DNA of 64,000 bases from an uncultured Candidatus Rokubacteria bacterium (GCA_963708025.1 CAVPSB010000026.1:13971-77970), one strand, 5' to 3'. Shown: positions 30,673-40,366, counted from the stretch's first letter. Made by a program: numbers and translations. The notes: a model not told the origin generated them from the letters alone.

Positions 30673-31596
30673 ATGCGGACGCTCCAGGCGACGGTGGTCG
30701 GCGCCGAGGCGGCTCGGCGACTGGGCCGGGCCGCGGGGTCCGGTCGCGTCCACTCGACCTTCGCTCGGACCGTCAACGTGACGCTCGACGGGCTCGGGGA
30801 TGCCGGCTGGGTGAGCCTCCACGGTCCGGGGCCGCTCCCGGCACCCTTCGGGATCGCGTGCGTGGGACCGCTCGTCGGGCCCGCTCTGCCCGGAGCGCCG
30901 GTGCGGGTCGAGCCCGAGGGGCTGGTGGTGGACGGCGTTCTCCGCTGCCGGCTCGACGGCGCCGGCGTCTGCGACACCGGGCTGCCGGCGGCGGCGCCGC
31001 GTCCCGCGATTGCGGTCGGCCCGGGCGCGGCCGGCGACCGGGGCCTCGCGGCGGTGGCGACGGCGATCCTGGCCGGCGCGCCGCCCCCCACCGATCCGCT
31101 CGGTCGGCTCGCCGCTCCGGCCCTCGCCGCGCTCCACGCCGGCACCGCGCGCGGCGATGCGGCGGGCTCCCTGGCCGCTGCGACCGCGCTGCTCGGGCTC
31201 GGCCCCGGGCTGACGCCGTCGGGCGACGACTGCCTCGTGGGCTGGCTGGCCGGATTGTGGGTGGGCGGCGCGCAGGGCCGAGCGCTGCTGGCCGCGACCG
31301 CGCCGGCCCTGCTCGCCGCGGCGCGCGAGCGGACCGGCGACCTGGGCCGGGCGTTCCTCGTGGCCGCCGCCGCCGGCCAGGTGGCGGAGCCCGTCCGTGA
31401 CTTCGTGGTGACTCCGAGCCCGTCGCGCCTGGCGGGGCTCCTGGCCCTCGGCGCCACGTCGGGCGGCGATCTCCTCGCCGGCTACTGCCTCACACGCGCA
31501 GCGCTCGCTCGGGGGGTCCGGAACGAGTCCGGCTTCCGGTTCCCCCCTCCCCCCGGTGGGTGGGGGAGGGGGGTTAGGGGGGTGGGCGGGAGGTGA
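30673..31596 (+). CDS. allH: DUF2877 / YlbF (oxamate carbamoyltransferase subunit AllH-like)
   Basis: GRVHSTF, LLGLGPGLTPSGDD, GATSGGD. Confidence 0.85.
   Translation: MRTLQATVVGAEAARRLGRAAGSGRVHSTFARTVNVTLDGLGDAGWVSLHGPGPLPAPFGIACVGPLVGPALPGAPVRVEPEGLVVDGVLRCRLDGAGVCDTGLPAAAPRPAIAVGPGAAGDRGLAAVATAILAGAPPPTDPLGRLAAPALAALHAGTARGDAAGSLAAATALLGLGPGLTPSGDDCLVGWLAGLWVGGAQGRALLAATAPALLAAARERTGDLGRAFLVAAAAGQVAEPVRDFVVTPSPSRLAGLLALGATSGGDLLAGYCLTRAALARGVRNESGFRFPPPPGGWGRGVRGVGGR
31540..31595 (+). repeat. Repeat family A short copy overlapping the allH end and fdrA start
   Basis: CCCCCCTCCCCCC..GGGGGAGGGGGGTTAGGGGGGTGGGCGGGAGGTG. Confidence 0.75.
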
Positions 31597-33144
31597 TCGT
31601 AATCCGGGCCGTCGTGCGCCCATCCTTCTACCAGGACTCGGTCGCGCTCCTGCGTGTCGCCCAGGAGCTGCGCGGCCTCCCCGGCGTCCGGGAGGCGGCG
31701 GCGCTCATGGGGACCCCGGCCAATCACGCGCTGCTCGAAGCGGCCGGCCTCGGGACGCCCGACACGAAGCCCGCCGGTCCCGGCGACCTGATCCTGGCGA
31801 TCCAGGCGGAGAGCGATGCCGCGGCCGAGGCCGCTCTCGCCGCCGCGGATCGGCGCTTCGCGGCGCGGCGGCGGACGCTGGAGGCGGCCGTCCGCGTGCT
31901 GCCCCGCACGCTGGACTCGGCGTTGCGGCACCTCCCGGACGCGAGCCTCGCCGCCATCTCGGTGCCGGGCGCCTACGCCACCGCCGAGGCCCGCCGCGCG
32001 CTGAAGCAGGGGCTCCATGTCTTCCTCTTCAGCGACAACGTGCCGCTCGTCGACGAGGTCGCGCTCAAGCGCCTGGCGGTCGAGCGACGGCTCCTCTGCA
32101 TGGGGCCCGACTGCGGGACGGCCTACCTGGGCGGCGTCGGCCTTGGCTTCGCCAACGTGGTGCCCCGCGGCCGAATCGGCTGCGTGGCGGCTTCGGGGAC
32201 CGGGCTCCAGGCGGTGGCGTGCCACCTGGCCGCGCTCGGCGAGGGGCTCTCTCACGGCATCGGGGTCGGCGGGCGCGACCTCACGGCCGAGGTGGGCGGG
32301 CTCATGACGACCTTCGCCCTCGAGGCGCTCGCCCGCGACCCGGCGACGGCGCTGGTCGTGCTGATCTCCAAGCCGCCGGCCTCCGCGGTGCTGCCGGCCA
32401 TCGAGGCCGTGCTCGCGGGGCTCGGCAAGCCGGCGGTGGTCTGTGCCCTGGGCGCCCCGCCGCGGGAGGCCAAGTCCGTCCGCTGGGTGGCGACGCTGGA
32501 GGACGCGGCGGAGGCGGCCGTCGCCACGCTGCGAGGAGGCGCCTGGTTGCCGCGATCGTTCAGTGATCCGGCTGGGGTGCAGGCCCGGGTGGCCGGCGTC
32601 TCCGTCCGCGGCCCGGGGCTCCTCGGCCTCTACACCGGCGGCACGCTGGCCCACGAAGCGGCCCTCCTGCTCGAGCCGTTCCTCGAGCGGGGCGCCTGGC
32701 GCATCGTTCGACCTCGGCGCCGACGAGTTCACGGTCGGGCGCCCCCATCCGATGCTCGATCCCGAGGCGCGGGCCGCGCGCGTCCGTGAGGCCAGTGGCG
32801 ATCTGGCCCTCGGCGTGCTCCTGGTGGACCTGGTCCTCGGTCGCGCTGCCCATCCCGACCCGGCCGGCCCCCTGGCCGCCGCGATCCGCGACGCCCGCAC
32901 CGCGGCCGCCGCCGGGCGCGGGCTGACCGTCGTCGGCTCGGTCGTCGGGACCGAGGGCGATCCCCAGGGGCTCCGCGGCCAGGTCGCCGTGCTCGAGGCC
33001 GCCGGCTGCATCGTGTTGCCGTCGAACGCCCAGGCCGCGCGCTTCGCCACACTCTGTCTCAGGCCCGACCTCGCGCCGTCACTGCTGGGGGCGCTGGCAA
33101 TCCCGCGGCCGGAGGGCCCGCGCCGCGACGAGGTGATCCGGTGA
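31593..33144 (+). CDS. fdrA: FdrA (AllF) CoA-ligase-fold protein; +1 frameshift at ~32707
   Basis: YQDSV, MGTPAN, FLFSDNV, MGPDCGT, ASGTG, GGRD, GLYTGGTL. Removing one T in ATCGTTCGAC restores IVDLGADEFTVGRPHPM. Confidence 0.88.
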
Positions 33145-34109
33145 CCCGCCGGGCGCTCCTCCGCGCGATCGCGCTGGCGTGGCTCGGAATCCCCCGGCCG
33201 GTCGGCGCGCAGGCGCGGGGGAACGTGGCCCGGGTGGGGTTCCTCTCGGACGGCGTCGGGCGAAGCGCCGAAGAGGGGCTCCGGCAGGGCCTCCGGGAGC
33301 TGGGGTACGTCGAGGGCCGAGACATCGTCATCGAGTATCGCGACGCGGAGGAGCGACCCGACCGGCTGCCGCAGCTCGTGAGCGAGCTGCTCCGACTCCC
33401 GGTGGACGTGATGCTGACCCTCGGCGGAGCGGCGACGCGGCTCGCCAAGGAGGCCACCGCGACCGTGCCCATCGTCGCCTCGTCCGGGGTGCTCGCCGAG
33501 CTGGTGACGAGCCTCACTCGCCCGGGCGGGAACGTGACCGGCATCACCCTGCCCCAGGGGCCCGCCGAGATGGGCAAGAAGTGGCTCGAGATCCTCAAGG
33601 CGGCGGCACCGGCGGTCTCGAACGTCGGAGTCCTCTACGCGCCGAGCCGAATGACGCCAGTCGACTGGGAGGCGTACACCGCGATCGCGGAGGCCCTGGA
33701 CCTCCGCATCCGGCGATTCTCGGCGGGGCGCCCGGAGGAGCTCGATGGCGTATTCGGCGCGATGCGGCGAGCGGGCGTCGATGCGGTGGTCATGTGGCCG
33801 GGGGGCGTGACCGTCTCGCATCGCGCCCGCGCCGCCCAGCTCGCCCTCGCGCACGGGCTGCCGGCGATCCACGAGCAGCGCTCGTTCGTGACGGCCGGGG
33901 GACTCGTCGCGTACGGGGTCAACATCGTCGAGGTCGGTCGGCGCCTCGCCTACTACGTTGACCGGGTCCTCAAGGGTGCCCGGCCCGGGGACCTGCCCGT
34001 CGAGCAGCCGACCAAGTTCGACCTGGCCATCAACCTGAAGACCGCCAGGTCGCTCGGGGTGACCGTGCCGCCATCGCTGCTGCAACGGGCCGACGAGATC
34101 ATCCAGTGA
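33141..34109 (+). CDS. ABC transporter substrate-binding protein (ABC_sub_bind)
   Basis: GLRELGYVEG, SLTRPGGNVTG, DLPVEQPTKF, RADEIIQ. Confidence 0.92.
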   Translation: MTRRALLRAIALAWLGIPRPVGAQARGNVARVGFLSDGVGRSAEEGLRQGLRELGYVEGRDIVIEYRDAEERPDRLPQLVSELLRLPVDVMLTLGGAATRLAKEATATVPIVASSGVLAELVTSLTRPGGNVTGITLPQGPAEMGKKWLEILKAAAPAVSNVGVLYAPSRMTPVDWEAYTAIAEALDLRIRRFSAGRPEELDGVFGAMRRAGVDAVVMWPGGVTVSHRARAAQLALAHGLPAIHEQRSFVTAGGLVAYGVNIVEVGRRLAYYVDRVLKGARPGDLPVEQPTKFDLAINLKTARSLGVTVPPSLLQRADEIIQ

Positions 34110-34279
34110 CGGTGGACGATCTGCTGGCGGGGTCCCCGCGCGTGATCAACCTGGGACTCGAGGTCTTCGCCCTCGAGCTCCACGCCGCCGGCGTGCCGGT
34201 GGTCCACGTGGACTGGCGCCCGCCGGCGGGCGGCGATCTCCGATTGGCGGCGTTGCTCGCGCAGCTCGATGACGATTAG
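34106..34279 (+). CDS. 57-aa stand-alone FdrA C-terminal domain protein (missing from the ORF track)
   Basis: GTGA overlap; MTVDDLLAGSPRVINLGLEVFALELHAAGVPVVHVDWRPPAGGDLRLAALLAQLDDD, with the VIN.GL..F and W.PPAGG hallmarks. Confidence 0.85.
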   Translation: MTVDDLLAGSPRVINLGLEVFALELHAAGVPVVHVDWRPPAGGDLRLAALLAQLDDD

Positions 34280-34353
34280 ATCTGGAGGGACTCGATGACC
34301 CGTGCGCTCGGCTCCGTGACCGCTGTCCAGCCCACGGCTGATCGAGGAACCTG

Positions 34354-35601
34354 GTGAGCGTGGGAGCGGACGGGGACCTCCTGCCCAGCCCGCGCATTCT
34401 GCTGGGCCCCGGGCCGAGCATGGCGGATCCCCGGGTTCTGCGGGCGCTGGCGACGCCGCTGGTGGGCCAGTTCGATCCCGAGTTCACCGCCGTCATGAAC
34501 GAGGTGATGGCAATGTCCCGCCTCGCCTTCCAGACGGAGAATGCCCGGACCTTCCCGGTCTCGGGGACGGGGCGAGCGGGGCTGGAGGCGGCGCTCGTCT
34601 CGCTGGTCGAGCCGGGGGACCGCGTGGTGGTCGCGGAGTGCGGCCGCTTCGGCCTCCTCTTCCAGGAGATCGCGGAGCGCTGCGGCGCCGAGGTCGTCCC
34701 GGTGCGGGCCGAGTGGGGCCGCGTCGTCGAGCCGGACGCCGTCGCCCGGGCGCTCGCCGGCGGCCGGACCAGGCTCGTGGCCGTCGTGCACGGGGAGACG
34801 TCGACGGGCGTGCTCCAGCCGCTCCCCGAGCTGGCCCGGCTGGCCCGGGCCCACGAGGCCCTCCTGGTCGTTGACGCGGTCGTCACGCTCGGCGGCGTGG
34901 AGGTGGCGACGGATGCCTGGGGGCTCGACGTGGTCGTGGCCGGCACCCAGAAGTGCCTGAGCTGCCCGTCGGGACTGGCGCCGCTCACGTACAACACCCG
35001 GGCAGAGTCGGTGCTCGCCCGCCGCGGCGGGAAGGTGCGCTCGAACTACCTGGACCTGGGCCAGCTCGCCGACTACTGGAGCCCGGGGCGTTTCAATCAC
35101 CACACGGCGCCGACCGCCATGGTCTACGGGCTGCGCGAGGCGCTGCGGGCCGTGAAGGTCGAGGGCCCGGCGGCCCGCTTCGCGCGCCACCGGCTCCACG
35201 GCGACGCGCTGAGGGCCGGGATCGCCGCGCTCGGGCTCGATCTCTTCGGGTCGGAGCCGCCGGCGCATCGACTCCCGATGCTGACCCCGATCGTCGTGCC
35301 GTCGGGCGTGGACGAGCTGCGGGTCCGTCAGCGGCTGCTCCAGGACTTCGCGATCGAGATCGGCGCGGCGTTCGGACCGCTTCAGGGGAAGATCTGGCGG
35401 ATCGGGACCATGGGCTACTCGGCCCGGCGGCCGAACGTCCTCCTGGCCCTGGTGGCGTTCGAGGCCGTGCTGCGCCAGGAGGGCTGGAAGGCCGCGCCGG
35501 GCGCCGGCGTCGAGGCCGCGCTCGCCCACTACCGGGTGGCCGGCGAGGCCGAGGTCGAAGTGGCGGAGAGCCTGGGGGCGGGCGGCATTGGCCGGTACTG
35601 A
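34354..35601 (+). CDS. pucG: Class V aminotransferase, PucG/HpxJ (ureidoglycine-glyoxylate aminotransferase)-like
   Basis: LLGPGP, GQFDP, HGETSTG, GTQKCL, SNYLDL, NHHT, FGPL.GKIWRIGTMG. Confidence 0.82.
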   Translation: MSVGADGDLLPSPRILLGPGPSMADPRVLRALATPLVGQFDPEFTAVMNEVMAMSRLAFQTENARTFPVSGTGRAGLEAALVSLVEPGDRVVVAECGRFGLLFQEIAERCGAEVVPVRAEWGRVVEPDAVARALAGGRTRLVAVVHGETSTGVLQPLPELARLARAHEALLVVDAVVTLGGVEVATDAWGLDVVVAGTQKCLSCPSGLAPLTYNTRAESVLARRGGKVRSNYLDLGQLADYWSPGRFNHHTAPTAMVYGLREALRAVKVEGPAARFARHRLHGDALRAGIAALGLDLFGSEPPAHRLPMLTPIVVPSGVDELRVRQRLLQDFAIEIGAAFGPLQGKIWRIGTMGYSARRPNVLLALVAFEAVLRQEGWKAAPGAGVEAALAHYRVAGEAEVEVAESLGAGGIGRY

Positions 35602-35607
35602 GAACTT

Positions 35608-35692
35608 CGGGGTCTCGGAAGACCCCCCGACCCCCCCTTCGAGGCCGCGGCCGGAGCCGCGGCTCGAGGCGGAACGCCAGCGGCCGTGTGGC
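35608..35692 (+). repeat. Intergenic repeat family B, copy 1
   Basis: GGGGTCTCGGAAGACCCC and GCCGCGG..CCGCGGC hairpins; matches 40367-40454. Confidence 0.8.
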
Positions 35693-35796
35693 GAGGCGGA
35701 GGGCGAGGAGCCGGCGGGCCGCGAGTCGCCGGGAGGATCGACGCGCTCCGAGCGTCCGGGCGTCAAGGCTGCGAACGCCGGGAGGACCGAGCCACG

Positions 35797-37044
35797 GTGA
35801 GCGTCAAGGCCGCGAACGCCGAAGCCCTCCGCCGCCTCGTCGAGGCCGACCCGGTGCTGGTGGACTGCGCGCCGGCCGGCGAGGTCCTCGGACTCGAGCC
35901 GCGCACCGTCCTCCACGCCGGCCCGCCCATCGGCTGGGCGGCCATGTGCCCGCCCCTCCAGGGCGCCATCGTCGGCGCGCTCCGCTACGAGGGCTGGGCC
36001 GACGGCGAGGAGAAGGCCCTCCGGCTCGCCGCCGGGGGTGAGGTCCGCTTCGAGCCGTGTCACCACCGGGGCGCGGTGGGACCGATGACCGGGCTCGTCA
36101 CCCGCTCGATGCCGGTCTTCGTCGTGGAGAACCGGGCCTTCGGCAACCGCGGGTGCGCCACCATCAACGAGGGGCTCGGCCGGGTCCTCCGCTTCGGTGC
36201 CAGCGACGACGCCGTCCTCGCCCGGCTCGGCTGGCTGCGCGACGAGGCCGGCCCCCTCCTGGGCCGGGCGCTTCGCCGGGCCGGCGGCATCGCGCTCCGG
36301 CCGTTGATGGCCCAGGCCCTCCTCATGGGGGACGAGCTGCACCAGCGGAACGTCGCCGCGTCCTCCCTCTTCCTGCGCGCGCTCCTGCCGGCGCTCGTCC
36401 GCGAGGCGAGCGGCCCGGCGCTCGGGCGACTGGCCGACTTCGTGGCCGGGAACGACCAGTTCTTCCTGAACCTCGCCATGGCCGCGGCCAAGGCGGCCGC
36501 CGATCCCATCGTCGGCGTGCCCGGCGCCACCATCGTGAGCGCAATGGCGCGGAACGGCACCGAGTTCGGGATTCGCGTGGCCGGCTGCGGCGCCCGCTGG
36601 TTCACCGCCCCTGTCAACACGCCGGAGGGGCTCTTCTTCCCGGGCTTCGGCCCGGAGGACGCGAACCCGGACCTGGGCGATTCCGCGATCGTGGAGACCG
36701 TCGGGCTCGGCGGGATGGCGATGGCGGCCTCGCCGGCCGTCGTCCGGTTCGTCGGGGCCGGCGGGCTCGCCGATGCCCTCCGCGTCACCGAGGAGATGCG
36801 GGAGATCACGCTCGGCGAGCACCCCCACTGGCGGATCGCGACCCAGGACGACCGCGGCGCGCCCGTCGGGATCGACGTCCGGCGTGTGGTCGCGACGGGG
36901 ATCACGCCGCTCATCAACACCGGCATCGCCGGGCGGCGGCCGGGGACGGGGCAGGTCGGTGCCGGGGTCGTCCGCGCCCCGCTCGGCTGCTTCACCGCCG
37001 CGCTGGCCGCCCTGGCTGGGGAGCCGGCCCGGCCGGAGCCATGA
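35797..37044 (+). CDS. allG: DUF1116 / YlbE (AllG-like)
   Basis: LHAGPP, AVGPM.G, NEGLG, MGDELH.RN, MARNG, DLGDSAI.E, INTGIA..GQVGAG. Confidence 0.9.
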   Translation: MSVKAANAEALRRLVEADPVLVDCAPAGEVLGLEPRTVLHAGPPIGWAAMCPPLQGAIVGALRYEGWADGEEKALRLAAGGEVRFEPCHHRGAVGPMTGLVTRSMPVFVVENRAFGNRGCATINEGLGRVLRFGASDDAVLARLGWLRDEAGPLLGRALRRAGGIALRPLMAQALLMGDELHQRNVAASSLFLRALLPALVREASGPALGRLADFVAGNDQFFLNLAMAAAKAAADPIVGVPGATIVSAMARNGTEFGIRVAGCGARWFTAPVNTPEGLFFPGFGPEDANPDLGDSAIVETVGLGGMAMAASPAVVRFVGAGGLADALRVTEEMREITLGEHPHWRIATQDDRGAPVGIDVRRVVATGITPLINTGIAGRRPGTGQVGAGVVRAPLGCFTAALAALAGEPARPEP

Positions 37045-37096
37045 GGTCGGGGATGCCCGCGTCGCTTTCCGGGCGCGCCGGCGGCGGAGGTCTGAT

Positions 37097-37165
37097 CCAC
37101 CCCTCCCCCCGCCACAGGCCGAAGGCCGTCCGAACAGTGGGGAGGGGCCGGGGGTGGGGGGAGTT
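37097..37165 (+). repeat. Repeat family A copy before carbamate kinase
   Basis: CCCCTCCCC..AGGCCGAAGGCCGTCC..GGGGAGGGG. Confidence 0.7.
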
Positions 37166-37168
37166 TCG

Positions 37169-38128
37169 ATGAATCCCCCGCCCCGCGATCCCCGGCTCCT
37201 CGTGGTCGCCATCGGCGGCAACGCCCTCCGCGAGCCGGGCGGGGTGGCGAAGCCCGACGAGTGGTTCCGGGCGCTGGGGCGGAGCCTGCCACCGCTCGTC
37301 GAGCTGGTCGCGGCCGGGTACCGGCTCGTGCTGACCCACGGCAACGGGCCGCAGGTGGGCGACGAGCTGCTCCGGATGGAGCTGGCGCAGAAGATGGTGC
37401 CGCCGCTCTCGCTCGACCTCTGCGGGGCCGAGACCCAGGGCTCCCTCGGCTACGCCATCCAGCAGGTCTTCGGCAACCTCTGCCGGGCCCGGAAGCTCGA
37501 GGTCCCGGCGGCCACCGTCGTGACCCGCGTCGTCGTCGACGCGGCCGACCCGGCGTTCCAGCGCCCGACCAAGCCGATCGGCCCCTTCTACTCGGCGGCG
37601 AAGGCAAAGCAGCTCCACCGCCAGAAGGGCTGGACCCTGGTCGAGGACGCGGGGCGCGGCTACCGGCGCGTGGTGCCGTCGCCGCGCCCGCTGCGGGTCC
37701 TCGAGGCCGAGCTGGTGCGGCGGCTCTCGATGGCCGGGGCGGTGCCGATCGCGTGCGGGGGCGGCGGGGTGCCGGTGGTCGACACCGAGGCCGGCTACCG
37801 GGGCGTGGAGGCGGTCATCGAAAAGGACCTGGCCACCGAGACGCTCGCCACCGGCCTCGCCGCCGAGCGGCTGCTGATCCTGACCGGGGTCCCCCGGGTC
37901 GCGGTGAACTTCGGCTCGCCGCAGGAGCTCGCCGTCGAGCGGCTCACGGTGGCCGAGGCCCGCCAGCTCCTGGCCGCCGGCGAGTTCCCGCCGGGCTCGA
38001 TGGGTCCCAAGGTCGAGGCGGGAGTGCGGTTCGTGGAGGCCGGCGGGCGCGAGGCCATCATCACCTCGCTCGACCGCGTCCGGGCCGCCATCGACGGCGA
38101 CGCCGGCACCCGCGTCGTCGCCGCCTGA
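37169..38128 (+). CDS. arcC: Carbamate kinase
   Basis: AIGGNAL, THGNGPQVG, PTKPIG, YRRVVPSP, GSMGPK. Confidence 0.95.
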   Translation: MNPPPRDPRLLVVAIGGNALREPGGVAKPDEWFRALGRSLPPLVELVAAGYRLVLTHGNGPQVGDELLRMELAQKMVPPLSLDLCGAETQGSLGYAIQQVFGNLCRARKLEVPAATVVTRVVVDAADPAFQRPTKPIGPFYSAAKAKQLHRQKGWTLVEDAGRGYRRVVPSPRPLRVLEAELVRRLSMAGAVPIACGGGGVPVVDTEAGYRGVEAVIEKDLATETLATGLAAERLLILTGVPRVAVNFGSPQELAVERLTVAEARQLLAAGEFPPGSMGPKVEAGVRFVEAGGREAIITSLDRVRAAIDGDAGTRVVAA

Positions 38129-38282
38129 ATGCGCCAAAGAATCGCGATTCTCGCCCCCTTTTCCCGGCGGGTGGGGGACGGCAGGGTCCGGCTTGGGAGC
38201 GAGGGCCCGCTCGCCGTCGATCGGGCCGGCCGCGCTCCAGTGCGTCGAGCGCGCGGCACGGGGCGTCGTGGGGGACGGCAGG

Positions 38283-38372
38283 GTGCGGCCTGTGGAGGCC
38301 GGGGGCCGCGAGGCCATCATCACCTCGTTGGACCGCGTCCAGGCCGCCATCGACGGCGGCGGCACCCGCGTC
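38283..38372 (+). repeat. Diverged duplicate of the arcC 3' end (38024-38116)
   Basis: Direct alignment; encodes VRPVEAGGREAIITSLDRVQAAIDGGGTRV. Confidence 0.85.
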
Positions 38373-38434
38373 CCTGACTAGGCACAGAGTCGAATCCGGC
38401 ACCCGCGTCCCTGACTAGGCACAGAGTCGAATCC
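38361..38434 (+). repeat. Perfect 37-bp tandem duplication
   Basis: GGCACCCGCGTCCCTGACTAGGCACAGAGTCGAATCC x2. Confidence 0.95.
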
Positions 38435-38492
38435 GGCCCCCCCTCCCCCAGTGGGTGGGGGAGGGGGGTTGGGGGGGGGAGGCGGGAGGTGA
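38435..38492 (+). repeat. Repeat family A short copy
   Basis: Near-identical to 31540-31595. Confidence 0.75.
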
Positions 38493-38542
38493 TAATTGAT
38501 TCGGGCGGGCGAGTGCGGTAGGAAGGGGGGCACGAGGGCGCG

Positions 38543-39259
38543 ATGAAGATCCTGGTGATCAATCCGAACAGCTCGGAGACGGTGACGGGCGCGATCATGG
38601 AGTCGGCCCGCCGGGCGGCGTCGCCGGGGACGGAGCTGGCCGGCGTCACCACCAAGGGCGGCACCCGCAACATCGACTCGGCGTTCGGCGACTACCTCTC
38701 GGGCGCCTACATGATCCGGACCTGCCTGGACGCGGTCCCGGTCCACCGGCCGGACGCGGTGGTGCTGGCCGGCTTCGGGCGCGTCGGGATCGACGCGCTC
38801 AAGGAAGCGCTCGAGGTCCCGGTGGTCTCCATCTCGGAGGCCTCCATGGCCGTGGCGTGCCTGCTCGGCCACCGGTTCACGACGCTCACCATGCTCGAGC
38901 AGTTCATCCCGTACCAGCAGGACCTGGTCCGCCTCTACGGCTTCGAGGCCAAGTGCGCCTCCGTGCGCGCCATCGACGTCAACGTGGAGGAGTGCGTGAC
39001 GAACCGCGCGGAGACCCTCCGCCAGCTCCGGGCGCGGATCCAGCAGGTGGTGACCGAGGACCGGGCCGAGGTGGTCATCCTGGCCTGCGCCGGCCTCTGC
39101 GGCTACGACGCCGAGCTGTCCCGGCTGGCCGGGGTCCCGGTGCTCGACCCGGTCGCCGTCGGCGTGAAGGTCGCCGAGAGCCTGGTCGGCCTGGGCCTCC
39201 GCCAGTCGAAGATCCGCAAGTTCGCCCACCCGCCGCAGGACCTCGACGCCTACCTCTGA
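38543..39259 (+). CDS. Asp/Glu/hydantoin racemase family protein
   Basis: MKILVINPNSS, VILACAG, GVPVLDPV; first catalytic Cys position reads AGFG. Confidence 0.88.
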   Translation: MKILVINPNSSETVTGAIMESARRAASPGTELAGVTTKGGTRNIDSAFGDYLSGAYMIRTCLDAVPVHRPDAVVLAGFGRVGIDALKEALEVPVVSISEASMAVACLLGHRFTTLTMLEQFIPYQQDLVRLYGFEAKCASVRAIDVNVEECVTNRAETLRQLRARIQQVVTEDRAEVVILACAGLCGYDAELSRLAGVPVLDPVAVGVKVAESLVGLGLRQSKIRKFAHPPQDLDAYL

Positions 39260-39265
39260 GACGTC

Positions 39266-40360
39266 ATGACGAGCAGTCTGCTGGCGCGACTCCGCGAGCT
39301 GACGGCGCTGCCCGGACCCTCGGGTCATGAGCGAGAGGTCGCCCTCGCCTTCGCCAAGCACCTCCGGGCCTACACCGACGACGTCGTGCTCGACCCGTTC
39401 GGCAACGTGATCGGGACGATCCGGGGCGACGCGGCCAAGGGCGCCGTGATGCTGTCGGCTCACACCGACGAGGTCGGCCTCGTCGTCAAGCACGTCGAGC
39501 CCGACGGCACGCTGCGGGTCGACCTCAACGGCTGGATCGACGCCCGGGTGGTGCTCGCGGCCCAGGTCGAGGTGTGGACCCGGAGCGGCCCGGTGGCCGG
39601 CGTGGTCGGGACGCGCTCGGCCCACCTCACGACGCCGGAGGACGCCCGGCGGCCGGTGGAGGCGTGGGACCTGTGGGTCCAGGTCGGGGCCGAGACGGCG
39701 GCCGAGGCGGGCGCGCTCGGCGTCCGGATCGGCGATCTCGTCACCTACCGGGCGAACTTCCAGGAGCTGGCCGGGGGTTACGTCGCCTCGAAGGCCCTCG
39801 ACAACCGCGCCGGCCTCAGCGTGCTGCTGGAGGCGCTCGACCGGCTGCCGGCGCGGCGGGACTACGACCTCTACGTGGTGGGCGCGGCCCAGGAGGAGGT
39901 GGGCTCCCGCGGCGCGCGGGTGGCGGCCCAGACGCTGCGCCCCCAGATCGCGCTCTGCGTGGACACCGTGGCCGGCGCCGAGCCGGGGACGCCGCTCAGC
40001 CGCGCCACCGAGGCGAGCGGTGGTGGCCCCATCATCCGCGCCTGGGAGTGGATGGCCGGGAGCCTCATGGGGACGGCCTACCACCGGGGGCTCTTCCGCC
40101 GCCTGCAGGATGTCGCCGAGGCCGCCGGCATCCCGCACCAGCTCGACGTGGCCCGGACCTTCACGGACGCCTGCGGCACGAGCGGGAGCGGGCACGGCGT
40201 CCCGACCGGCGGGATCTACATGGCCCGCCGCTGCGCCCACTCGCCGTGCGAGGTTGCCAAGCTCACCGACTTCGAGGGGGCGGCCCGGCTGCTCGCGGCG
40301 TTCCTGGGCGTTTTGACCGGCCGCGAAGTGCAGGAGCTGGGGTCTTCGACGCGGGTCTGA
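39266..40360 (+). CDS. M42 family metallopeptidase/amidohydrolase
   Basis: AHTDE, KALDNR, QEEVG, VD and HSP metal ligands. Confidence 0.9.
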   Translation: MTSSLLARLRELTALPGPSGHEREVALAFAKHLRAYTDDVVLDPFGNVIGTIRGDAAKGAVMLSAHTDEVGLVVKHVEPDGTLRVDLNGWIDARVVLAAQVEVWTRSGPVAGVVGTRSAHLTTPEDARRPVEAWDLWVQVGAETAAEAGALGVRIGDLVTYRANFQELAGGYVASKALDNRAGLSVLLEALDRLPARRDYDLYVVGAAQEEVGSRGARVAAQTLRPQIALCVDTVAGAEPGTPLSRATEASGGGPIIRAWEWMAGSLMGTAYHRGLFRRLQDVAEAAGIPHQLDVARTFTDACGTSGSGHGVPTGGIYMARRCAHSPCEVAKLTDFEGAARLLAAFLGVLTGREVQELGSSTRV

Positions 40361-40366
40361 GATTCT

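Noticed and set aside
34276-37344. Long antisense ORFs (also 57173-60046, 38378-41158, 31482-34085, 25089-27359)
   Set aside because: Shadows of high-GC coding strands; Arg/Pro/Gly-rich with no family motifs.
38024-38372. DGR template/variable repeat pair at the arcC 3' end
   Set aside because: Mismatches are not adenine-specific and no reverse transcriptase is present in the window.
38361-38434. CRISPR array (37-bp repeat)
   Set aside because: Two abutting copies with no spacer and no cas genes.
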